A DNA stretch of 64,000 nucleotides from Gammaproteobacteria bacterium (GCA_965116795.1 OZ220716.1:1226503-1290502), one strand, 5' to 3'. Numbered from the stretch's first letter, positions 36,759 to 47,909 are shown. The notes: generated by a model from the sequence alone, not told the origin. Numbers and translations are program-made.

Positions 36759-38936
36759 CTAATTAGCATCCCAGATAAACTTATCTTTAACAGGCAGCGC
36801 AGCGGCTGTTTGCTTGCATTTGTAATGCGTTGGATAAACTGGTTGCAGTGTGACTGTGGTTTCACCGGTAGTGGAGTTAACCTGTGATTTACCATTAGGA
36901 ACGTGCATGCCTTCCACACACAAGAATCCAAACTTGGTGCGCAGTGGCGTGTTTCCTCTATACAACGTGGTATCTTTGGAGAACTTGATATCGCCGCGTG
37001 TGGCTAACACATTTAAGCGATTGCGAATGGTCTCTGTACTCCCTAACCCCGATTTATTTTCAAATGCTTCACTGAACTGATTAATCGTATACAATTTTCC
37101 TAAGCGTGCTTCTTCATGAATGAGCTGCAAAATGATATTCTGCTTACGCTTTCGTTCAGCATCTAACTTGCGTGCGTATTTGTCTTTGACAATCCGTTGT
37201 GTACTGGTATCTACTTCATGCCACTGCTCGTTGGCTTTGTCGATGCATTTGGGTTTAATTTCTTTACCATTACGCAATTCAAACACGAGTTTTCTAGGTG
37301 AGAGTTGCTCATCTTCTTTAAACAACACCAACCCAGTGCTGTAATACCCACGCAAACTGCTGGCACCCGATAGCGCTTGAAACGGGTCTTCGGTCAATTC
37401 TCTTTTTCGAAGCTTGCGGGTATGATGTGCTAGAATAATACCTGCATCAGGATTCAATGCTGCACGTAAGGTATCTAATCGTTTGGTTAAGAAAAACAAC
37501 ATACCATTGTTTCTATTCTCATCATTTTCATCATCACCCCCATCAAACACATTACGCAGTGGGTCAATGACAATAATATCTACCTTCTCATCAGGAAAAT
37601 AATGGCGTATGGTTCGTTGTGCTTGATATGTCCCTTGTTTGTTTAGTAGGACATTTAGTTGAGGCGTAATAACTAAGTTTTTGCTGATAAGCTGTCGTGC
37701 CGTGTCATCAAAACTCAGTCGATGTGAACGTTCACGTAAGTAGTGATAGCCAACTTCTGTTTGCAAATAGAAAATTCTCAAAGGACGTGGGGGCGTTAAC
37801 CCAAGAAACGGAATGCCCGCTGCCATGTGAGAGAGCAGTGATAACAAGAAATCACTTTTCCCCACTTTCGGCGCCCCCGCTAACACCATTAACCCCCCTG
37901 GCGTTAATACCCGTGGTGCAATGAGGTCAATTGGCATTGGAGAGGTATCGTCAAGTAATTGCCTCATGGTGTAGGCTGGTAGTAATGGTATAATGGACTC
38001 GGGTGGCTGCATGTTGTTGTCAATAAAGGCATGTACATCGGCTCCTTGTGCAACCGCATCCGCCGCATCCCACTTGTCGGGTTTATCTTCTGGAATGGTT
38101 AAAATACTTAAGGATGATAACAACCCTGATGTTGCCAAATGCTCACTGACCGCTTTAGCATAGCGACGCCCTGCTTCATCATTATCTGGCCAGATAACAA
38201 CGTGTTTGCCTGTTAGTGGTGACCAATCCGTTTTACTGATAGTGGTTTTAGCACCAAACATGGCGGTAGTGGCAGTAATCCCTTGCTTGATGAGAGCATC
38301 AGCGGCTTTTTCTCCTTCAACCAATACCACTTGGCCAGCGTTTTTAATACCAGGTTGATTGTAGAGTGGGCGAGGATTGGGTGCGCAATGTTTACGGTTT
38401 ACCACATCCCACGGACGGTATTGCTTGCCATCTTCAGTGTCATAACGATACACACACGCAATTAACTGTCCATTATCATCTATATAATCCCACTTTGCAG
38501 TCGGTATGCCTAATGTATCATAGCCACACGAAGGTGATAGGGTATTAGCAGAATCAGTTGGCGTTAGCCCCAACCAATCACTTGCAGATTGCAGCACTTG
38601 TTTAAATTGGGTTTTAGTGTCTAACCCATGACGTGCTGCCCACAACTCAAAGATGTCGCCACCTTCGTTTGTTGCAAAGTCGTGCCAGAGTCCGGCTTTA
38701 CTGCCGGTAATCTCAATCTTTAAACTGTCACCTGGGCTACCATGAATATCCCCAACTTCATACGTGTTATTGTGTAGATGTCCATTAGGTAGCAAATATA
38801 CTAATACCGTTTCCAGTTGTGATAACAATCCACTACGCACTCTATCAGTTGAAAGGGCATGATGATGTGGTTGTTGTGATGTTGCGTTGTTTGCATTTAA
38901 ATATGTAATTGACATGCGTGTTTCTCCTATTTCCAT
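36759..38936 (-). CDS. Primase-helicase (Toprim + AAA_25/RepA-like)
   Basis: VEGEKAAD and WPDND Toprim motifs; GAPKVGKS Walker A; IVIDP; HHTRK. Confidence 0.88.
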   Translation of the reverse strand: MEIGETRMSITYLNANNATSQQPHHHALSTDRVRSGLLSQLETVLVYLLPNGHLHNNTYEVGDIHGSPGDSLKIEITGSKAGLWHDFATNEGGDIFELWAARHGLDTKTQFKQVLQSASDWLGLTPTDSANTLSPSCGYDTLGIPTAKWDYIDDNGQLIACVYRYDTEDGKQYRPWDVVNRKHCAPNPRPLYNQPGIKNAGQVVLVEGEKAADALIKQGITATTAMFGAKTTISKTDWSPLTGKHVVIWPDNDEAGRRYAKAVSEHLATSGLLSSLSILTIPEDKPDKWDAADAVAQGADVHAFIDNNMQPPESIIPLLPAYTMRQLLDDTSPMPIDLIAPRVLTPGGLMVLAGAPKVGKSDFLLSLLSHMAAGIPFLGLTPPRPLRIFYLQTEVGYHYLRERSHRLSFDDTARQLISKNLVITPQLNVLLNKQGTYQAQRTIRHYFPDEKVDIIVIDPLRNVFDGGDDENDENRNNGMLFFLTKRLDTLRAALNPDAGIILAHHTRKLRKRELTEDPFQALSGASSLRGYYSTGLVLFKEDEQLSPRKLVFELRNGKEIKPKCIDKANEQWHEVDTSTQRIVKDKYARKLDAERKRKQNIILQLIHEEARLGKLYTINQFSEAFENKSGLGSTETIRNRLNVLATRGDIKFSKDTTLYRGNTPLRTKFGFLCVEGMHVPNGKSQVNSTTGETTVTLQPVYPTHYKCKQTAAALPVKDKFIWDAN

Positions 38937-39547
38937 GAAGGTGTGTTGATGTGTGTGTTAGCCGATAAGGTTGTGTTTTGGTAAACACTCGGCTCGGCCG
39001 ATGACGTTGCTGTTCCCTTGTAAATGGCATATTGTTTATTTTCAGGGGTAATCGCGACTTTAATCACGTTTCTAAGACACCCTCGATTATCTTTTTCCGT
39101 ATCAATGCGTGCGACAAACTCAATGCCATTTAACTCGCTAAAGTCAGCAATCTGACGTGCTTTTTGTGCGGCTGATGAGTTATCGTCATTGGCAATGCCA
39201 CGCGCTGAACTTAAAATCGCTTTAATAAAGCTGCGACCACTGTTACCCCAGTAATCACTTTTAGCGCTGTGTAATCCAATCAAGCTCCACACTTTGCGTT
39301 TAGCATGAAAACCTGCTAAGACCACAAACTCGCAATCTAAATAAATGGCGCCGGTGTTTTTGCTACAGGTTGCCCAGCCACCGGTTAAGCCTTGCGATGC
39401 ATCATCATAACCACCCGGTTTAATCTTCATACATACTTTCGCTAACGTGCCTTTTGGGATAAGCTCCAACGAGGTTTGATCATCAGCGTTATTAAAATCA
39501 CACCAATTGTTATTGATACTGTGTTGCGAGTTGAATTGATCGTTCAT
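38927..39547 (-). CDS. ssDNA-binding-like replication protein
   Basis: DFN.AD...LIPKGT and YLDCEFVV motifs; position in the replication module. Confidence 0.6.
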   Translation of the reverse strand: MNDQFNSQHSINNNWCDFNNADDQTSLELIPKGTLAKVCMKIKPGGYDDASQGLTGGWATCSKNTGAIYLDCEFVVLAGFHAKRKVWSLIGLHSAKSDYWGNSGRSFIKAILSSARGIANDDNSSAAQKARQIADFSELNGIEFVARIDTEKDNRGCLRNVIKVAITPENKQYAIYKGTATSSAEPSVYQNTTLSANTHINTPSWK

Positions 39548-40449
39548 GATGACTCTCCAATGGTTTCAGGTTGTTGGGAATGGGTGTCAGGGTTATTAGG
39601 CAGTGCATGCGTTAACCGTTCATTGATGGGTTTGGCATTGCCAGCAATTTTCTGCATGAGCTTGCCAAGGTGGGGCTCTTCAATGACATTGAGTCGACCC
39701 GAGCGGTCTTTGGCAGGATACCCGTGCTCATTTAACGTTTGACAGACAAACGCACGATAGGCTTGGTTATCACTGCCCACCATCTCTGCCATGGTGATGA
39801 CTTCATCGACAATGCCCGGTAACTCTAATCCGGTTTTGCTGCCTTCAATTTGCGGTTGATAGAAACGGCGATTAAAGTCATCGGTTTTTTCATCGAGGAT
39901 CCCGACAAACCAAATGTTTTTATGACGGGTATGTTGCAAGTGGGTGAGCCACGCAATCATCTCTTGGCCGTGTAGCCCATAGGCAGAGCGCATATCCGGT
40001 TTACCGGTACGTTCGCTAAACGCTTGGGGTTGGTCTTTGCACCAGTTAAGACACAAACGACCTGCAACGGTAATCGAGTCGATAAAGATAGTGTCGTATT
40101 TATCGAGTTTGCTCGGTTCCCCCAATTGCTGACACACAGCCTGATAATGGGCTGTGCTATAGCATTGTTCATCTCGCAGTGCCGGTTTAGCGCCTCCAAT
40201 AAAGCAAGCAATGTCACGACAATGTTGCCAGGTGCGAGGGCGAATAATATCACCTTGCCAGCCTTCAATGGCTAAGTCTCCGGCTTCTAAGTCAAAGAAC
40301 AATGTCTTCTCTGGCGGCAATGTCCATAACAAAGATGTTTTGCCAATACCACTTTTACCAAAAATACAGCCTTTAATGCCTTTGGTTTCGTTGACGCGTT
40401 GGCTCATCGATAAAATGGCCAGCTCGCTAGTTGGTTGTGTTGTCTTCAT
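39544..40449 (-). CDS. AAA_24/Sak4-like ATPase
   Basis: GKSGIGKT Walker A, DLEAG, FIDSIT and AKDRSG motifs. Confidence 0.85.
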   Translation of the reverse strand: MKTTQPTSELAILSMSQRVNETKGIKGCIFGKSGIGKTSLLWTLPPEKTLFFDLEAGDLAIEGWQGDIIRPRTWQHCRDIACFIGGAKPALRDEQCYSTAHYQAVCQQLGEPSKLDKYDTIFIDSITVAGRLCLNWCKDQPQAFSERTGKPDMRSAYGLHGQEMIAWLTHLQHTRHKNIWFVGILDEKTDDFNRRFYQPQIEGSKTGLELPGIVDEVITMAEMVGSDNQAYRAFVCQTLNEHGYPAKDRSGRLNVIEEPHLGKLMQKIAGNAKPINERLTHALPNNPDTHSQQPETIGESS

Positions 40450-40589
40450 CAGTCTTTCTCCTATATCCGTTACTGGTTAAGTGAGAGGTACCCGCGTTTG
40501 GCATGGCGATGACAAAAACACGATCCCCCTATAACTGTTAACTATCCCGTTGCTCCAAATTTTTGAGTATCGTCATTTTCATGGTTCAA

Positions 40590-41192
40590 TTACTCTCCAC
40601 AATGCCAATAAATGTGCAATCCATGTTCTATTAATGCACTGCGTAAGCGTTTGAGTTGCTGGCGAACGGTGAAGTAAGGGGTGTTTGTCCGTCGCGCGAT
40701 GTCGATAGGGGTTGAAGATTGCAATCCAAGGAGCAAAGCGGCCAGATCATCGGGTAATTTGTCTTGGAGACGACTCAGATCACAGGCTAAGTCAGATGCG
40801 GAGCTCTCCTGGATAAGGTGGGTCGGCCATGCGGAGTGAGTGCCTTCTTCATCTATCGCTAACAAGGTTTCAAGGGAATCGTGTGGTATGCCGACTCCGC
40901 GTCTTTCTCTACCCGTATCACGAATGAGTCGTTTGTGGACACAATTGAGTACCATATCGACGAACGTTGACCACTTGGCTTTATCCGGATCGTAGGTGTG
41001 CTGGCGCAGGAAAAAATGCAACAGCAACGTTTGTTTGAGATCGACCAATGGGGTGTGTTGCAGGAGTGGATGGTGTTGTAAGGTCTTGGCATGGTAGTCG
41101 ACTTGGCTGACCAAATACGGATCTAATCCGTTATCGCGGTGGTAAGGCATAACGCTTCTCCTAATGCTGGCCGCCACACACGGGCGGTACAC
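40590..41192 (-). CDS. Sigma-70-like/ECF-like phage regulator (start may be ~41150)
   Basis: Region-2-like DLKQ.LL...YDPDKAKWSTF and region-4-like LP......DIARR...TV...LKRLR. Confidence 0.6.
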   Translation of the reverse strand: MYRPCVAASIRRSVMPYHRDNGLDPYLVSQVDYHAKTLQHHPLLQHTPLVDLKQTLLLHFFLRQHTYDPDKAKWSTFVDMVLNCVHKRLIRDTGRERRGVGIPHDSLETLLAIDEEGTHSAWPTHLIQESSASDLACDLSRLQDKLPDDLAALLLGLQSSTPIDIARRTNTPYFTVRQQLKRLRSALIEHGLHIYWHCGE

Positions 41193-41454
41193 TAGGACGT
41201 GGTCAGATCTGACTGAGAGGGGGCGATAAATGACCGGTTATTTAGCTAACTGATTCATTGTGAAGTTATTTATTCATAAAATTTTTTTTAAGATAGTGAA
41301 TTGAGCTCAGTCAGATCTGACTGAGAAAGTGCATTAATCTGCCTTTAGGTAATTTACTTATCAGCGAGCAAGTGGATCTTCTGACAGATGAACCGTGGAT
41401 CGGTTGGTTAGCAAATGGATAATTTAGTTGAAAAATTGGTCGACGGTAGTGGTG

Positions 41455-41865
41455 TCAGTTCGCAAATCCAAAGTGAGTCAATTGCTCCTCCCACAATGAT
41501 GGAAAAGGCAGCAATAAGGCTTGTAGGCTCAACTCAGGCGGCCCAGTGCCGTCTAATATCGCCTTTTTGATTTGCGGGGATAACAGATTTAACCGCAGTA
41601 TGCGCGAAACGTAAGAGGGGTTGACCCGTTTGTGTTTGGCCAACGTGTCTATCGAGGTGAATTCCTGGGTATCGAGTGCCTTTTGCCAGAGGTAGGCTTT
41701 ACTGAGGGCTTTGATCAGCGGAATATTGGGCTTGGCAGTGACAGCAGTGGGTTGATGTTCGCCTTCTGGCAATACCAATACGGTTTGTCCGCGGTAGCGT
41801 TTAAGGGTGATGGGAATTCTAATAGAAATAAAGTCATCAAAAGCGGTTACGGTTGTGGTTGACAT
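41455..41865 (-). CDS. Conserved recombinase-associated HTH protein
   Basis: ALSKAYLW, SYVSRILRL.LL.P.I..AILDG and W.EQ motifs typical of the gene after large serine recombinases. Confidence 0.75.
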   Translation of the reverse strand: MSTTTVTAFDDFISIRIPITLKRYRGQTVLVLPEGEHQPTAVTAKPNIPLIKALSKAYLWQKALDTQEFTSIDTLAKHKRVNPSYVSRILRLNLLSPQIKKAILDGTGPPELSLQALLLPFPSLWEEQLTHFGFAN

Positions 41866-43235
41866 GTTGCCTCCGTTGAGTGGGTGTTAGCGTGTAATAA
41901 ATCGAGTAAGCCATTCATGCCATTGATGTTGACTTGGATATCGACATAATTTGAATGCAGAATGACACGGTTGATTAACAGTGCTAACAAACGTTGTTGT
42001 TCAGCAGGAAAGAGCTCTTGCCAAATCGGTGCGATGGTTTGTAAGGCGTTGCGTACCTCTGAGGGTGTTATCAATTTATCGAATGTCTTTGCCGCTTTAA
42101 TCGTATCTAAGAGAATATCCGGTGAGGTAATGACACGTTGAACCTGATGCAGGACATGGGTTTCAATTTCATTGGCAGCGATTTGTTTAATCGGGCAATC
42201 AGGACAGCGTCCTTTCTTGTAACCGGTAGCAATGTAATAACGATAAAGTTTGCGGCGTTGTTTGCTGGTATGGGTGGGTGTCATCGCACGTTGACAGCCG
42301 CCGCAGTGAATGAGGCCGGTTAACACAGCACGCTCGCGTCGTTTGCTATTGGTATCCCGACGTTTAACCCCTTCACGCAAGATGGCTTGTACTTTGTCCC
42401 AGGTGTCTTGTGAAATAATGGCGTCGTGTCGACCTTCATATAGATTGTCATGGTGTTTAATCTTACCGATGTAAAGGGGGTTTTTGAGGAGTTTGTAAAT
42501 GCTACCGATATCCAGTGGTTTTCCACCGATAATCTGCCCTTTTTTGGTCGTGCGTTGTTTACTGCAAATGCCCATGGCGGCCAGTTGCTTGACCATCATT
42601 GTCGGTGATTTGGTTTTAAGAAATAAATCAAACACCGCGCGAATGGCACGCGCTTCATCCTCGACAATGTGTAAGTGGCGGTCTTTGACCGCATACCCCA
42701 AAGGGAGTCCACCACCCATCCATATGCCTTTTTGTTTGGAAGCGGCGACCTTATCGCGCACCCGCTCGCCAATGACCTCACGCTCATATTGGGCATAGGA
42801 CAATAAGTTGTTGAGGTTTAAGCGTCCCATGGAGGTGGTGGTATTAAACTGCTGAGTGGTTGAGACAAAAAAGATAGTGTGATCATCAAATAAATCGATG
42901 AGCTTGACACAATCAGATAATGAGCGTGATAGGCGGTCAAGCTTGTAGACGACAACGACATCAATTTTCCCCTGTTGGATGTCATTGATTAGTTGCTTGA
43001 GGGCAGGGCGCTCCATGTTGCCACCACTGAAACCGCCATCATCGTAATGGTCATCGATGCGTTCCCAGCCTTCGTGTTTTTGCGAGGCGATATAATGCTC
43101 ACAGGCTTCGCGTTGCGCATGCAGGCTGTTGAACTGCTGCTCTAAGCCTTTTTCAGTCGACTTTCGTGTGTAAATGGCACAGCGTTTTTTGATGACAGTC
43201 GTCGATGCTGTTTGTTTGGCTGTTGTTGTTTTCAT
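41847..43235 (-). CDS. Large serine recombinase (integrase)
   Basis: YTRKST catalytic Ser, DGGFSG, YKLDRLSRS, recombinase domain and CGGC Zn ribbon. Confidence 0.95.
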   Translation of the reverse strand: MKTTTAKQTASTTVIKKRCAIYTRKSTEKGLEQQFNSLHAQREACEHYIASQKHEGWERIDDHYDDGGFSGGNMERPALKQLINDIQQGKIDVVVVYKLDRLSRSLSDCVKLIDLFDDHTIFFVSTTQQFNTTTSMGRLNLNNLLSYAQYEREVIGERVRDKVAASKQKGIWMGGGLPLGYAVKDRHLHIVEDEARAIRAVFDLFLKTKSPTMMVKQLAAMGICSKQRTTKKGQIIGGKPLDIGSIYKLLKNPLYIGKIKHHDNLYEGRHDAIISQDTWDKVQAILREGVKRRDTNSKRRERAVLTGLIHCGGCQRAMTPTHTSKQRRKLYRYYIATGYKKGRCPDCPIKQIAANEIETHVLHQVQRVITSPDILLDTIKAAKTFDKLITPSEVRNALQTIAPIWQELFPAEQQRLLALLINRVILHSNYVDIQVNINGMNGLLDLLHANTHSTEATCQPQP

Positions 43236-43699
43236 CCGCGCATTCCTCTTGTTCTGTTTAATCCAAAAAAGGCAATGCCTGACCAATGATTGCCGGTGAT
43301 GCGTTTGGCAATTTTAGATAAGCTTTTATAAACGCAGCCGTCATATTCATAGCCTTTATCTAAGACGGTGACGCAATATTCATGTCCTTTGTATTGGCGC
43401 ACCAATCGTGAGCCTGGCATCGGGCGAATGTAACGCGGTCGTTTGGGGGGTGCGCCGTTGCGCGTAAAAAACTGTTTAGCGTATTTTTCCAAGCGTTGAT
43501 TGAGTGTGTCATCTTCACCATAGGCTAAGGCTTGCAGGCGGTAACTGAGTTTTTTAATGAGTGCGGGCTTTTGAGCTGCACGTGGTGGCTTGGTGTCACA
43601 CAGGGTTTGCCAGAGGGCTTTTAACTCGTTTAGTGACAATGTTTGTAAGCCAGCAATTTGACTGAGTAGTTTGGGGTTGGTGTTACTTTGGGTAGGCAT
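43232..43699 (-). CDS. DUF2924-family protein
   Basis: YRLQ.LAYG, PG..LVR.Y.G and YKSLS.IA..ITG.HWSG..FFGL motifs. Confidence 0.9.
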   Translation of the reverse strand: MPTQSNTNPKLLSQIAGLQTLSLNELKALWQTLCDTKPPRAAQKPALIKKLSYRLQALAYGEDDTLNQRLEKYAKQFFTRNGAPPKRPRYIRPMPGSRLVRQYKGHEYCVTVLDKGYEYDGCVYKSLSKIAKRITGNHWSGIAFFGLNRTRGMRG

Positions 43700-43715
43700 G
43701 GTTTTTCTCCTATCG

Positions 43716-43895
43716 TCATGCGGTTGTGTCAGTTGTATCAGTCCATAGCGTCGTGTCTAAGTCCAGTGCTTTAGTGCTACCAGGCGATTTAGTGCGCTGC
43801 TCAATGCGTTTTTTCGCACGCACAATGCCCAAGGCCAATAACGTGGCTATTTCACGGCGACGAGATTGGGTCGTGTTAGTTGTTTCATTTGGCAT
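43716..43895 (-). CDS. Small protein upstream of DUF2924
   Basis: RRREIATLLALGIVR motif; GAGGA RBS. Confidence 0.55.
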   Translation of the reverse strand: MPNETTNTTQSRRREIATLLALGIVRAKKRIEQRTKSPGSTKALDLDTTLWTDTTDTTA

Positions 43896-44193
43896 GGGAC
43901 GTTCCTCAGTAATAACGTTGATGATGAGAGTGTGTGATAAAACTACCCCCTCATTACTATTAACTATCCCGTTTGAACAAAAAAATGAGTGTGTGCGCAT
44001 TTACTGACATGATGATTGGCGTTTACGCCTTTGCGATTTTTCAAAGTGTGCTCTACAGTGGCTCGTCTACAACAAACAAATTTCGACATAGCTACACGCT
44101 AGCAACACACAACAACGTATCATTCAAAACAATCGGGGTTACACAGGATGGCAATTTGGCATTAACCCGTGTCATTGGCTGTTATGAAACTCA

Positions 44194-45706
44194 ATGACAT
44201 TCCGCATGTATTTGCCCAGGAGAACGCCATTGAACATTCACCTTACTGCCTCTGAGTTATCATCACATCCAATCTCATCGAATCAAATTAACCGCTTATC
44301 ACTGGATGCGTTACGCAACATAACCCATCCAGCTCATGGGTTTGCAATAACAGAAGGTATCGATGATGTGATCTTGATTAAGTTGCAGTACAATTGTGGC
44401 GGTCAGCTTGAAACGTATCAATACGGTAACGTGTTGGTAACATTGATTAAGAAAAATCAGCAACGGTGTATGCGCTACGCTGACATTATGCAAGGAACAT
44501 TTGTGATACAGCGCACAGGGTATTCAACGCCGATAACAGTGACTATTTCCCCGGATATAGGAGAAGTCATCATAGAGGATAATCAACTAAATACGCTGCC
44601 TAATCAAGCGGATGTGATTGCCGAATTAAAGAAAGTCGTGTGGTCGTGGGTGCATCAAGCAGGCTTTGTTATTACGCTTCCAGCAACTTCATTGCATGAT
44701 GAAGGGAACGAAAAAAAAACCAGATATCTATTTTTATTATTGGGAAGCTTTAGCCAGTCTGCCGCGTTATCAACACAGTTATATCTTTTTAATGCAGCAT
44801 TTCAATCAGAACGTTGCCATTATTCAGTATTGGTTTGAGTCAACACGCTGGTTTGATAACTATCATGCTAAAGGAACAGAAGCAACGCGTTTGTATAATG
44901 TGAGCGTGTTAAAGTTAGCCAACTTCATTCTCGCAACACTGAATACTATGCCATTGTTTCGGCGTGCCATTGAACTTGTTAAGTCGGTGCCTCATTGTGT
45001 ACGCTTAGGTTTTTATAATACGAATCGTCGTTGCTCCCATTGTGTTTTGTTAGGCTTGGCGATTGATGAAGGTGAATTAGAGAAGATGATTAACTATGTG
45101 CTGACTCAAGCGACCCCCAGTGTGTTGTTATTGCCATCACTCGATGATGTTTCCTCGGATAACTTGCAAGCATTGCGCATGAGGGGCAGTTACGTTATGG
45201 CATTGCAACAATGGCAAACGCAAGCGATGTTGATTGACTCAAAGCAAGTGCGCGATACATTGAATGATATTCGCAGAACAACAGCACCGGTTAAATTACG
45301 TCGCAACACTTCTGGCCAATCATATCGTTTTCCAACACCCCCTGGTGCTAACTGGGAGGATTTCACGTTTGAATTCCTTGATGGCGAAACGATAGAGGTA
45401 ACCTGTGATTGTCCAGGTGGCTTCATCAGTAGGCCTGTTACCTTTGCGCAACTTGAGCTGATGGACAAGCGCAATGGCAAGCCTGGTAAGCTGTGGTGGT
45501 TATGCGAGGCATTTGCACAGCGACGGGGCAGGTTGAGTTGGTGTAAGCAAGGTGTCACTAGCCGACAAAGGACATTGAAATATGAATTGGCAAATTCGTT
45601 GCAAGCAAGCTTTGAACTTTATGACGACCCATTTGATTGTGAGAGTGAAGAGAGAGGGCGTGTCACATATCGTGCTAAAATGACGATGCGGATTAAAGGT
45701 GAGTAG
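44194..45706 (+). CDS. Unknown gene(s): two overlapping frames joined at an A9 tract (44711-44719)
   Basis: ORFs 44194..44838 and 44666..45706; losing one A gives a single 503-aa ORF. Confidence 0.5.
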
Positions 45707-45743
45707 TGCCATTTACCTTGCCATGCATTGATGAGGTGACTCT

Positions 45744-46007
45744 CTAAACGATTCTGGTTTTTTGGTAAGCCGGCACGTCCTGTGGACGCAGATTATCACA
45801 CAAATGAGAGGCTTCTGTGAGCATATCAATGACGCCACACAATACATCAAATAGTTCTTTTTGTTTTATTTGTTGACACTTAACGGCGATGTTAGCGATG
45901 CTTTTGATTTGGTGTAATTTATTACAGAGTGCTTCGTAGGAGTTGCGATAATCATCATCATTGCGCTTTTCGGACTGGTTGGAATTTGGTAGAGTTGATT
46001 GGGTCAT
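45744..46007 (-). CDS. Small hypothetical protein
   Basis: GGAG RBS before MTQSTLPN; helical 87 aa. Confidence 0.5.
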   Translation of the reverse strand: MTQSTLPNSNQSEKRNDDDYRNSYEALCNKLHQIKSIANIAVKCQQIKQKELFDVLCGVIDMLTEASHLCDNLRPQDVPAYQKTRIV

Positions 46008-47909
46008 GATGTTAGTATCTCCGTATTGATGTTGTGATAAGCTGCGGTCAGGCGCGTTCAACAACTGGCTGCAGCGCATTTGTGACAACGTTGGCCTTGT
46101 TTACTTTTGCTCAGGCTCGTATTTCAATCAACGTCAATTGCGCTGTCACGTCACGGATGATTGCGTATCGTTACCACACTAGCAAGTCTCTTTTTTTGAT
46201 AAGCGCGATGATTGTGCTCCTTCGCTCTATTACTAGGCTGCTAAGCCCATTTAGCTTGCAAAGCAGGCATAGTATTGCGCTGGATCATTCATGCGTGTGG
46301 GCAATCAGCACAATGAGAGCCACCTTGTCATCAACGATCGATCCACTTTCTTGCTATAAAAAACCATCTTGTGATTTGATCAAAAAAGCGATCTTAATTC
46401 TTGATTAACGTGGCTTACTAGGTTTGAAAATTACATAAAAACGTTTAGCATTACAAAACTGCCATAATGGCTCTGTATGCAATGAAAACAAATACAGGTG
46501 CGTCTTTCTCTAGTACGGCTGAATAAACTTTAATAACAGCTTGTATATTGCTTCTAGCAATAAGAATAATACCGAGCTTAATATACCCTTTAAAAAATAC
46601 ACGAAAAACCCCTAAAAAAACTGCAGAAAACATCTTGTCTATTCATAACAGCTTTTCCTAAAAAAACACTGCTAACACAATTAATTAGCGCTGTATTTTT
46701 CTCTAAACTCAGTTTGTAAAGAGCTGTTTTTTAATTATGTTGACGAAATTGCACTTAACTCTTTGTTATTTGGGGTGTTTTGTTTGTGATTGAAGTTTAT
46801 AGAGGAAACATATTATTTATATAATAATAAATGTATATTTAGAAATAATAGTAATAAACAAATAATAATAAATAAAACGATTATTAGCTTATTATGTAAC
46901 AAAGTTAGACTAGAATAATCGATGAGAATGAATTAGATCTCGATCACAAATAACAGATGAATTATCAGGTTAACTAGCATTGGGATATTATTTTCGCAAT
47001 TGTAATCAAAAAATTATGACAGAGAGTGTTACGCTGCACTGCACATGTAAACGCAAAGCCGTGATGATAGAAATTCAATGCGTGCTTGATTTTAAATGTC
47101 GCGCACAACAGCCGTACAAGATCGCTACGCGCATTTCTACGCATAAGACATGGGGTATGGCTCTTCAAGCAAGAACGTCGCTTAAAACGCTTTATTTTCA
47201 ATTATGATGAAGTGGTGTTGTTGAGTGTGTGGTTTACACTCACTTCGTTAAGCAAAACGTTCACGCCAATGTACATGCAAGACGTTAACAAGCTGTTGTG
47301 TATTTCGCTAAGACGAGTTGCAAGTTAATGCATGATGAATAACAAGCAAGTGAGCCACTGATTTCGATGACGTTTAACTTAAGTTTTACCGTTATTTTTA
47401 TGCTTATGCCAGGGCATAGGGGAGTCTAACTTTTTCTATTTTTGGTAAATGATCAGTTTAAATACACCGTGTTATTTACAAAATGATAATGTTATCGTGC
47501 AATGTTTTAATTGCAACAAAAAAGCGATTTTGTGTTAGACTTTTTGTTAACGTCGGAAGTGGTTTACATAACGCAAGTGCAAGTAACACGACTGACAGAG
47601 TTGTTAACATCAACGACGGTTAATTAAAAACAATCAGCAATGTGTTAGCGATGTAATGGTTGTAAACGTATTAGCGTTATGTATGGACTTGAACACAAGC
47701 GTTTACTCGTTTCGTTAACAGCGGTGATAAACACACAGCAGTTACCAACAAACTTAAACGACGTTAGCGTTCAACAACTTTCTCGTAGTTGCAGTAACAA
47801 CACCAGGCGGTAGAACAGATGCAGCTGTTAGGAATTTCAAGACACAGAGAAATGGCAGACGGTCAAATACGAATTGACGACGAAACATTCTAGAGAATCA
47901 AACAGCTAC

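Noticed and set aside
43735-43770. Fourth copy of the ACTGGCTATA-N11-GAG motif on the minus strand
   Set aside because: Only ACTGG matches; the GAG..TTAAT half is absent.
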